A stretch of 64,000 bases of DNA from an uncultured Verrucomicrobiae bacterium (lineage in GTDB: Bacteria > Verrucomicrobiota > Verrucomicrobiia > Chthoniobacterales > Terrimicrobiaceae): the NCBI GenBank assembly GCA_963706955.1, contig CAVPOC010000012.1:1-64000 (forward strand), given 5' to 3'. The notes below the pieces were generated by a model that worked only from the letters and a program-made list of their open reading frames with translations, did not search any database and was not told the DNA's origin. A program made the position numbers and the translations under genes. Shown here piece by piece: positions 55,429 through 64,000 of the stretch. Numbering within the stretch: the first letter of the stretch is position 1; each line of letters starts with the position of its first letter.

Positions 55429-58318
55429 ACTCCGGATCGTTCTTCCACGTGGAGAAGGTTGGGTCGCTAAGAAAGGCTTTCCGCAAGGAAGGCCCGCCCA
55501 GCCTGATTGCAGCGTGGGCGGCCTCGTAGAATTCGCTCTTTTTGTTCAGCACGAAGCACGCCCGTGCGAGAAGAAGGTAGTTCTGGACATTTGAAGTCTC
55601 CACACGGGTGAGATGCCGGGCTGGCTCGAGCGTTTTAGCCAGTTCGCCACGCTCCTCATAATAGCGGATGATGAACCTTAGCATATCCGCGTCCTCAGAG
55701 AAACGGCTTTGCGCCTGCTGCAGCAGAGGTTCGGCCTTGTTTGTTTCGCCGACGCTTGAATAAAGCTGAATCAACCTGCGGAGGGTTTCGCCGCTGGTTG
55801 GCTGGCTGATCAGCAGCTCGCGGAGGGCGTGAATTTCGCCCGCCGTCTCCTTGCGCTTTTCCGCATAGAGTCGGAGCCGCCACAGGTCAATGCTATTGGG
55901 ATCATCGGTAAGCGCTTGGTTGTAAAGGTCAATCGCCTCTTCAAAATCTCCACGATCCCAGAGGTAAGAGGTGAGTGCGACCAGCGTTTCCGCATTACCA
56001 GGCCAGAGAGCGAGTGCTTCGCGATACGCGCGCTCCGCTTCGGCAGACATTCCGCGGTGTCGATAGATATTAGCTATGGTTTGACGCAACTTCGAGAATG
56101 ACCGCCGAGCGTCAAAGTCGCTCTTAAAATTTGGATCGCCGAGTAATCGGTCGGAATATTCCTTCCAAAAGGCGAAATCCCTGTCGACAATCTCTTTTGG
56201 GAGAACCTCGAGCTTGGTCCGATTGAGCTTATAGAGCAGTCCGTGCGGAACTGCGTAGTCATAGGTCCACCGGATCGGAAAGCTCTCTTCAATGAAGAAC
56301 TCGTGCTGATCACGATTTTTCTCCCATACCCATTGCAGAATCGTGCCGAAGAGCTCGGCGGTATCCCCGGCATCGCCGTTCTCCACGTCTTTTGCGGCGG
56401 CAAGGTCTACCAAATCCTGGACTTCTTTTTCGTTTGGTAGAATCAACGGCCTAGACGGGTAGATGCTCTCGCGCCCAAGCCATCTCTCGAAAGCATTCGA
56501 TGGCGGCGGGCGCGCGACGGTGTATTGATCGCGCAAGTACTTCATATAGTTGCGCTCCCCTAGAGCATTTTGGGTGATGATATAGAGATCGCGGCGGTCG
56601 AACGCTGGGTCGCGTTTATGGCGCGGCGGCTGCATGCTTTCTCCGAAGATCATGTAGGTCGGCACAAATCGTCCAGGATCGGTCCCCCCAATTACCACAC
56701 TGCCAGCCGGCAGATCTTTCAACATGTCATGGCCGTACATCCATCCAAACCAGTGATCCTTCTGACTCGCGGCGTTTTTGCTTCCTGCAAACGTAAATAA
56801 CGGGAGCGCCAAAAGACCCGGGGCCAACCAGAAAACGTAAGCGCGTGCCTTGGAGAATTTGCTGATGAGCAGTCCCATCCCGAGCCCGGAGAGCGTGGCA
56901 AAAATGAGGTTTGTGTAGGTATGGTACGGCATCTGCGTCCACCAATCTGCATTGTCGATTTTCGAGTTTGCGGTCAGCGGCTGGAGAAATGCCGCGAGCA
57001 CAAATGCGACGTGCAAGAAATAGATCCAGATGCGTTTTGGCAGGGAGAGCGCGAACACAAGAACAAACGAAGAGAAATATCCGATCAGGCCAAAAACCGA
57101 AAAGGCCTTGAGAAGTTGCTGCCAAAAAAAACCGATCCAAAGCTGCGCGGTCTGCCATCGGTTGCCCTGTTTTTGAGCGCCGGTCCGCGTTGCCTCGGGA
57201 TCGCCTTGCGGCGTCCCCATCAGGCGCCCCAAAGACTTGACGCTGACCTCTGAAAGGCTGCCTGAATACTGCGACCGGTTAATTGAAAAGAAAAATCCGG
57301 CCGAGTCGCGAGTGTATCCCCAGTTCATCGGAGGGTTCGTCGCCGAAGCCAGCGGCATATATGCGTAGGGAAGAAGGCCCGCCGCAACCACGATGGGAAG
57401 GAACGCAATCAATCTCCAACGGAGCCGGCCACGCCGCAGCCAGACAAACGTCCCAAAGGCAAGCGCGACACAATAGAAGAAGCGAATGGCTGTGCGAAGA
57501 ACAGCGGGATTCTCGGACAGGATGGCGAAAGCCAGATAACCTAACAGAACCGTCAGGACCCCAGCAAAGAACCAGTCGAAAAATGCACGTCGACGGAGCA
57601 GCAGAATCAAGAGATAGGGAAGCGGCGCCAGCGTCATCGTGAGGTGATGATTGCTAAACGACAGCCCAAGGACGAAGAAGATGCTCAGCATCAAGCGATC
57701 GCTGGCAGGCTGCTGTAGCCAGCGATAGCAGAGCATAAGAAAAATCGCGATCAGCAGTGCATGCAAAGCATAGACCTCGGCGATGACTGCCTGTGACCAC
57801 ATTGACATGCTGAAAGCCAGCATCAGGGAAAAGGAGAGGGCCACGATGCGTGACAGAATTTTTGCCTTGGCCCCAAGCCAGGTCCCATAGCACCAGAGCT
57901 GAGCGCTCGAAAGAAGTGCCGCGCAGCAACCCACAGCGCCGGCTGCGCATAGCCCACTAAAGATCGCCACTTTCCAAGCAGCGTTGCCTAACGGAAGCAG
58001 AAGGAAAAGCCAGTTGAGAAAAGTCCAAAGCGGGTAACCAGTGGGATGGGGCACTCCGAAGTGCTGCGCTGCCACAACAAATTCGCCCGAGTCCAGGAGC
58101 GTTACATTCGGAGCGGCCGACCACGCGTAGACGGCAAAGCTTATTACGCCGGCGACGATGCCCAGTGGGCCATCGAGACTTTCCCGCACAGCTGGAGGAG
58201 CATGGCCGCGCGGAGCTTCCCCCTTTGTCAGCAGAGTGTCCACTGGCGAGCCTGGAGAACCGGATGACATCGTCCCTTTACTAGGCGGCCTTCGCGGAAA
58301 ATTTCAACAATCCCAATC

Positions 58319-61300
58319 TCATCGTTTAAAAATTGCGAGCTGAAGAACGCGGCAGATCGCCTCCAAAGCGATTGCTGCGGTCATCTTTGTTTGCCCTGAC
58401 CGTCGTTCCGTAAACACTATCGGCACCTCGACGAGACGTGCTCCTGTTTTCCAGAGGAAGTAATGAAGTTCTACCTGAAACCCGTAGCCCTCGGTTCTAA
58501 ACTGTTTCCAATCGAGATTGCGGAGCGCATCGCAGCGGATTGCTTTGAAGCCGCTCGTCACGTCCGCCAGCGGCAGACCGGTCAACGCTCGCACAAATCG
58601 CGAGGCTCCCACGCTGAGGAACAACCTTTCCTGGGGCCAATTCAACACCCGCACTCCGCCGGAGTATCGCGAACCAATGGCCACATCGGCTCCATTTTCG
58701 AGTGCGACTAGCAGGCGGGGAATATCGTCTGGGTCGTGAGATAGGTCGGCATCAATTTGAATGCACGTATCGAACCCTCGCTCCATCGCCCACCGAAAAC
58801 CTTCCTTATAGGCGCTGCCAAGTCCGAGTTTACCTTTTCGTTCGAGGAGATGCACCCGCTGACCAAATGCTCGATGAGCTTTAACCACCTGCGCCGTCTG
58901 GTCGGGCGAGTTGTCATCGATGACGACCATTTCCAACCCATGATTCGCATTGAGCACTCTGTTAAGAATGCTATCGATTCCGGATGCCTCATTGTAAGTC
59001 GGAATGATCGCGAGGACTCGCGACGGCGCGTCCTCGTTCATTCTCTTGTGCGGGGAGGGTAAAACCATAGGTTGGGCCCGAGGCGCGCCCAACCAAGGAG
59101 TTCGCCACCTTGCCGGGACTAGCGCCAGCTTCTCGAGTGCAAGAATGCCGATGACTCCGAGCCATCCGGCAAGAGCGGTCCACACACTGACGGGGTACCA
59201 CCAGGGGGCCTTAAACGACAAAGCAATCTTGCCTGGTTTTCCGTCGAGGCGAATCGCGATCAAGGCGCCGTATGCCTTGGCAAGTTCAAGGTCGTGTCCG
59301 GCCCGGACTGCCCTCCAGTCCCGGTGATAAGCTTCCGGGATGACAAGCCAGCCAGTTTCTTCCGACTGGTCAATCTCAAGTGCCTCCGCCGTTCTTCTCT
59401 GAACGGCGGCTTGGGAAAGCTTGCTGATTGGAGTCGCGGGGCGGAGATCCTCAGATCTTATTAGACCTTCGCTGTCGCCGAACCTTGTTCGTGCGCTTAC
59501 GACAAGCAGTCCGCCCGCCGCAGCGGCTAGCGAGCGAGCCGCAATCTCTTCAGGCGTCCCGTCGAGATCCATGAAGTATTTTGAATACGCTGCCGGATAG
59601 AGCGAATCAGGATTGTCGAGAATGACGAAGTGCTCGTTCTCAAAAACCGGGATTCCGACAGACCGGAGAAATTCCTGCAAACTCTGCGGCGTGTCCGGAT
59701 CTTTCTTATCGATCAATATCTGCGAAACCCCAGCAATCTTCAGAAAAGTGAGGAAGCTTTGCCTTGACTGCAAGGATGCGCGCTGAAGCTCGGCAACCCC
59801 ACGCAGCATCAAATGGCTATTGAATGCCTCCGCGATGATAGGTCGGCCCGACAGTATGGGCGTAAGCAGGTAGAAATAGCGGCCTGAATACGGAGCTACT
59901 CGCCCAGGCCGAGCTTGTTCTGAGAGAAAATGTTGCGCCGCCAGAAAATCATCGAACGTCTGGCGATCGATTGGCCCTTTGAAAAACGATGGAACCGAGC
60001 TGACCGAATCTAACCACGCTAAGCCAAGCAGAGCGACCGCAGCAATCGCTCGCAGGTTCGGGCCGCAGATTTCCCGGAGGAGGAGCCGTGCAGCCACACC
60101 GCAGGCCACCGAAAAGCAAAAGGTCCCCCCCATCTCGAAAAAATCATGCGGTGCCCGAATATCGGCATAGAGCGATAGGTTCTCGATTACGCGAAATCCT
60201 GGAACGCCAAAATACACCACGATGGCAACGGCAGCGATCCAACCCCGCCCTGGGAGCGCACTTGGCAGAATACACCAGATCGCCACACCTTGAAGCACGA
60301 GGAGTCCCCACGAGATGGCAATTGCCGGATCCCACGCCGAACCTGCGTGGGTAAGAAAAGCAAACTGACCCGATAGAGCCGTGTTCGCGCCGAGTCCTAA
60401 CCAATGCGCCAGCAGCGTCAACGCCACAAAAAGCCGAAAGATTCCCGCCTCTACGGTCCGCCAGGTGTCTCGCCGACGAACAAAGAACAAACCGATGACA
60501 CACGCTACGCCGAGAAGTCCCATATACGAGGAGCTCGCCCGCACCTCGCTTTGCGCCGATGGCTGTCGCCCAGTAAGGAAACCTTCCCGATCGATCCACG
60601 AAATCATCGATTCGGCGGAGTAGCTTCTCTGCCACGCCTCGAAAGGTCCGAAATCAAACATCGCGACCCCACCTGCTTCGCGAAAGGATGGCAGGTTCGG
60701 CAGCACCCCTAAGATCACGAACACGCCAACGCACAGCAAGACGAGCCGTCCTGCAGGCAAGTAAAAGCGAGCACGTGCGATCCAAGTCCAAAATGCAAAT
60801 ACCACCAGCAAGGGGAGGACAAGAACCGCCACCTTCGCATACGAAAGCACTAGCAGGGCACTCGTCGCCGCGCACATCACTGCGGCACGAGCTGTCCTCT
60901 CCTCGAGGAAGACCAGCACGCCCTGGAAAACCAATGGGATCGCCGCGAAGCCCAGTACGTTCGCAAGATGCTCCACGTGCCCAAGCCGCAGCAGCACTGC
61001 CGGCGCGAGCGCGTAGGCGACGCCGCAAGAAAATGCCGTCCATCCATCCCCCGGACAGAGCCGTCGGACGAAGGAAAACATCGTCAGCGGACATAGGAAA
61101 AGAAAGGCGAGCGCCGCGATCTTGACGCCCGCATACGGTCCAACCATCGCTGCGCAGGCATACAGCGTCAGACTGGAGAGCGCTCCCAAAGAAAGAAACG
61201 CCAGCGAGCAACCTTGCAGAAAATTCGGTGTCCACCACGGAAGGCCCCTGACCGAGGCTGCCGCATTGGCGTAGTCAGCCACCTTCGCGTAGTTGGCCAG

Positions 61301-61402
61301 GAGCTCCTGATTCGATGGCGGTTGCTCCAACCAAGAGAAACCAAGAAACCCAACGAACAGGGAAGCAAAGGCCAACAAGGCCAGCCAAGGACCAAACTTC
61401 AA
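58319..61402 (-). CDS. Fusion of a multi-TM GT-C-like (YfhO-like) domain and a polyprenol monophosphomannose synthase-like GT2 domain
   Basis: N-terminal PWWTPNFLQG and EAYHRDWRA; C-terminal IIPTYNE, DDNSPD, GLGSAY, DADLSH, GSRY, GYGFQVE, EVPIVFTERRSG. TTG start. Confidence 0.85.
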   Translation of the reverse strand: MKFGPWLALLAFASLFVGFLGFSWLEQPPSNQELLANYAKVADYANAAASVRGLPWWTPNFLQGCSLAFLSLGALSSLTLYACAAMVGPYAGVKIAALAFLFLCPLTMFSFVRRLCPGDGWTAFSCGVAYALAPAVLLRLGHVEHLANVLGFAAIPLVFQGVLVFLEERTARAAVMCAATSALLVLSYAKVAVLVLPLLVVFAFWTWIARARFYLPAGRLVLLCVGVFVILGVLPNLPSFREAGGVAMFDFGPFEAWQRSYSAESMISWIDREGFLTGRQPSAQSEVRASSSYMGLLGVACVIGLFFVRRRDTWRTVEAGIFRLFVALTLLAHWLGLGANTALSGQFAFLTHAGSAWDPAIAISWGLLVLQGVAIWCILPSALPGRGWIAAVAIVVYFGVPGFRVIENLSLYADIRAPHDFFEMGGTFCFSVACGVAARLLLREICGPNLRAIAAVALLGLAWLDSVSSVPSFFKGPIDRQTFDDFLAAQHFLSEQARPGRVAPYSGRYFYLLTPILSGRPIIAEAFNSHLMLRGVAELQRASLQSRQSFLTFLKIAGVSQILIDKKDPDTPQSLQEFLRSVGIPVFENEHFVILDNPDSLYPAAYSKYFMDLDGTPEEIAARSLAAAAGGLLVVSARTRFGDSEGLIRSEDLRPATPISKLSQAAVQRRTAEALEIDQSEETGWLVIPEAYHRDWRAVRAGHDLELAKAYGALIAIRLDGKPGKIALSFKAPWWYPVSVWTALAGWLGVIGILALEKLALVPARWRTPWLGAPRAQPMVLPSPHKRMNEDAPSRVLAIIPTYNEASGIDSILNRVLNANHGLEMVVIDDNSPDQTAQVVKAHRAFGQRVHLLERKGKLGLGSAYKEGFRWAMERGFDTCIQIDADLSHDPDDIPRLLVALENGADVAIGSRYSGGVRVLNWPQERLFLSVGASRFVRALTGLPLADVTSGFKAIRCDALRNLDWKQFRTEGYGFQVELHYFLWKTGARLVEVPIVFTERRSGQTKMTAAIALEAICRVLQLAIFKR

Positions 61403-61726
61403 GGGAGCGATAAGACCAATCCTCCAGCCACCGAAAGAAATGATCTCGGTCCCGCAGCGATCTCGTCACATCGATATCCGCATCTGGAAAATGAGACGGT
61501 CACGACCATGTCACTGGCAAAAAATTTGTTGGAGGTCTTTCTCTCGTGCCGACCATAGTACCCGTCGGGTCAAGGAGCGCAACTTGCGAACAGTGTCGAA
61601 ACAGTGCTTGGCCAGATTCGGCACGCCTCCAAACGCCCCGCCTGGCGCCGAGTCCAGCCCTCTCTTTTCAAATGTATTGAAAAACGGCTTGCTTGGGCGT
61701 TTCTAGACCAGAGCGTCTCCGGAATA

Positions 61727-62413
61727 ATGGACTTTGATTCGTTCGCGGAAAGTTATGAGCGCGAAGTCGCGGAAGCGATTCGCTTTGCAGGGATTCCGCA
61801 TCGGTTTTTCCTCGATGCCAAACTGGACCATATGTTGGACACACTGCGCCGACGATTCGAGAACTTACGTCGGCTTCGAGTGCTCGATCTGGGTTGTGGG
61901 ACTGGCCTGGTCGATCACCTCCTCAAAGTTCACCTGCCGAAGTTGGTGGGAGTGGATATTTCGGAAAAGGTTCTGCAAGCCGCAAAGTTCAGGAATCCGG
62001 AAATCGACTACCGGCACTTGACCGACGACGTCCTCCCGTTCGGAGATCGGTCGTTTGACGTGGTCTTTGCAATTTGTGTCTGGCACCACGTTCCGCCCGA
62101 TCGATGGAGAAACTTTCTTGCCGAGATTTCCCGGATCGTTGCTGCAGACGGCGTTCTTCTAATTTATGAGCATAATCCGTGGAATCCTCTGACGCGAGTA
62201 GCCGTCTCTCGCTGTGCGTTTGACGCTGATTCCGTCCTGCTAAGCGCTCGGCAGGCCGCCAAAAACATTCGTTCGGCAGGATTTGGAAGCGTAATTACAG
62301 ATTACATTTTGTTCCTGCCGTTCAGAACCCACTTCACAGAATTTTGCGAAAGGAAAATACTCCGGAAAATTCCTATCGGAGCTCAGTATGCACTCTGTGC
62401 GACGCGACCATGA
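61727..62413 (+). CDS. Class I SAM-dependent methyltransferase
   Basis: VLDLGCGTG, GVDIS, CVWHHV, EHNPWNPLTR. Confidence 0.92.
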   Translation: MDFDSFAESYEREVAEAIRFAGIPHRFFLDAKLDHMLDTLRRRFENLRRLRVLDLGCGTGLVDHLLKVHLPKLVGVDISEKVLQAAKFRNPEIDYRHLTDDVLPFGDRSFDVVFAICVWHHVPPDRWRNFLAEISRIVAADGVLLIYEHNPWNPLTRVAVSRCAFDADSVLLSARQAAKNIRSAGFGSVITDYILFLPFRTHFTEFCERKILRKIPIGAQYALCATRP

Positions 62414-63345
62414 GGGCCAGAGCTATTCCCGCCAACGTCTCGATCGTCGTTCCAACGTTCGCGAACGCAAAGGCACTTGAATCGCTCGTCCACGAAATCT
62501 CGCAGGTTCTACTACTTGAGAGCCGCGAGTTTGAAATAATTCTCGTAAACGATGGTAGTCCGGATGCGACGTGGGATGTTGTTCAACGGATGCATTTGGC
62601 GCATCCCTCCGTGCGAGGAATTAATCTTATGAGAAACTACGGACAACACAGTGCTCTGCTCGCAGGCATCTTCAATGCCCGCTATAAAGTGATCGTCACG
62701 TTAGACGACGATTTTCAGACTCCGCCCACGGAAATTCCTAAGCTCCTCCGCAAACTAGACGAGGGATTCGATCTGGTCTATGGAGCAAGAAATAAGGAAC
62801 AGCACGGCCTTGCGAGGAACATCGCATCTTCCGGCGTAAAGTGGCTGATGCAGTACGCGCTGAATGTCCCCCATACTCGCTCGGTCAGTTCGTTCCGGGC
62901 CTTTCGATCCCATTTGATGCGCGACTATCCTCGTAACCCGCCGCCGGCGGCTTTTCTCGACGCACTTTTGGGCTGGACAGCACAGCATGTCACTTCTGTG
63001 CCGGTCGTGCACAATCCCCGTGCGAGCGGCAAGTCAAACTACACCTGGCCAAAGCTGATCCGTCATGGTGTGGATATGGCCATGAGCCTTTCTGTCGTCC
63101 CTCTGCGGGCGGCAGCCTGGCTCGGATTTCTAATCGCAGTGCTCGGCGCGGGTCTCTTCGTTTTCGTGATGGTTTCTTACCTGCTACATGGAAGAGAGGT
63201 GCCAGGCTTCACCTTCCTTGCTGCAGTCATACTCCTGTTTGCCGGTGCGCAACTTTCCGTCCTGGGAATCATCGGGGAATACCTTTCCCGGGTCTATCTT
63301 CGCCTTCTTGGCAAACCTGCATTCGTAATCAAGGAAATCCTTTGA
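62410..63345 (+). CDS. GT2 glycosyltransferase, ArnC/GtrB-like (undecaprenyl-phosphate sugar transferase)
   Basis: VNDGSPD, RNYGQHSA, LDDDFQTPP, two C-terminal TMs, GIIGEYL; ATGA overlap. Confidence 0.9.
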   Translation: MRARAIPANVSIVVPTFANAKALESLVHEISQVLLLESREFEIILVNDGSPDATWDVVQRMHLAHPSVRGINLMRNYGQHSALLAGIFNARYKVIVTLDDDFQTPPTEIPKLLRKLDEGFDLVYGARNKEQHGLARNIASSGVKWLMQYALNVPHTRSVSSFRAFRSHLMRDYPRNPPPAAFLDALLGWTAQHVTSVPVVHNPRASGKSNYTWPKLIRHGVDMAMSLSVVPLRAAAWLGFLIAVLGAGLFVFVMVSYLLHGREVPGFTFLAAVILLFAGAQLSVLGIIGEYLSRVYLRLLGKPAFVIKEIL

Positions 63346-63362
63346 GTCTTTCGGCCGTTCTC

Positions 63363-64000
63363 ATGCGATGCAGAGACCGTCTCCTCGAGAGAAGGTACCT
63401 CTATAATCTGTTGCAGTCCACCGTCGGCGCGACGAACGCCAGGCGCTATTTCGTAGAGCACTTTGCGAGCTTGCCAGAGGCCGCCGGGGTATTGGACATC
63501 GGCTGCGGACCGGGCACCCTGATCCCGTTTCTACCTCGGCATGTTGCCCGATACGTCGGTTTCGACCCTAATCCCCAATATATCGAGGTCGCCAAACGGC
63601 GCTTTGGTAGCGACTCACACAGCTTTTTCGAGGCGGACTGTTCCACTGCCGGAGACTGGTTGGCCGAACGGGGCGGTCGCTTTAATGTTATCCTCGCGGC
63701 CGGCGTTCTGCATCACCTGGATGATCGCGAGGTGACGGAATTGCTGGATCTTGCCATCACTTACTGTGAACCCGATGGGTTTTTCGCGTCCTTTGACAAT
63801 GCCATTCTTCCGCATGAAAATCCGATCGCTGCCGCCCTCATCCGTGTGGATCGCGGCGAACACGTCCGGCCGCCTTTCGAATACGAGATGCTACTGCGTG
63901 CCAAATTTTCGAACATAAAGTCCGAACTCCATCGCAATCTAATGCGAGTGCCTTATCCTTTGGTCTTCTTTAGAGCCACGGCTCAGTCTTCCTCGAGCTT
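63363..64000 (+). CDS. Class I SAM-dependent methyltransferase (runs off the window end)
   Basis: Translated by hand: VLDIGCGPG, GFDPN, GVLHHL; no stop found before 64000. May start at TTG 63342. Confidence 0.85.
   Translation, partial: MRCRDRLLERRYLYNLLQSTVGATNARRYFVEHFASLPEAAGVLDIGCGPGTLIPFLPRHVARYVGFDPNPQYIEVAKRRFGSDSHSFFEADCSTAGDWLAERGGRFNVILAAGVLHHLDDREVTELLDLAITYCEPDGFFASFDNAILPHENPIAAALIRVDRGEHVRPPFEYEMLLRAKFSNIKSELHRNLMRVPYPLVFFRATAQSSSS

Overview
64 kb of GC-rich bacterial chromosome. The gene content (futalosine mqnEA, a holA-nrdR-ATP-cone-HIT run, DUF2723, CCA-less tRNA) fits Verrucomicrobiota, but that placement is inference. Left to right: glgP; a decayed integrative-element scar (two tRNA 3' fragments, a tyrosine-integrase stub, small cargo genes); a Zn-dependent dehydrogenase; divergent metR/metE; a CHASE3 hybrid kinase; treS-glgX-treY; a 273-bp MITE-like element; small stress/membrane genes; two ECF sigma factors, one leading an anti-sigma plus HtrA-like operon; panE, ndh and a lone nuoD; uvrB-holA and nrdR-ATP-cone-HIT; mqnE-mqnA, hemW, DUF362 and a squalene-synthase-family gene; an NRPS-like gene; ilvD, bcp and tRNA-Lys; a frameshifted CNNM/CorC gene; speA-gcvTHP; and a glycosylation locus at the right end. 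The best candidates for new biology are: (1) a TMEM260/DUF2723-like transferase encoded behind a GT-C/polyprenol-phosphomannose-synthase fusion, a possible bacterial protein O-mannosylation system; (2) an intact 1149-aa C-A-TE NRPS-like protein lacking the catalytic motifs I could check and lacking a carrier domain; (3) an HtrA/DegS homolog missing the whole catalytic triad in an ECF operon; (4) a TreS whose acid/base Glu is replaced by Asp; (5) an NrdR box in front of nrdR, which is coupled to a stand-alone ATP-cone-like gene. All assignments come from motif reading by eye; no searches were run.
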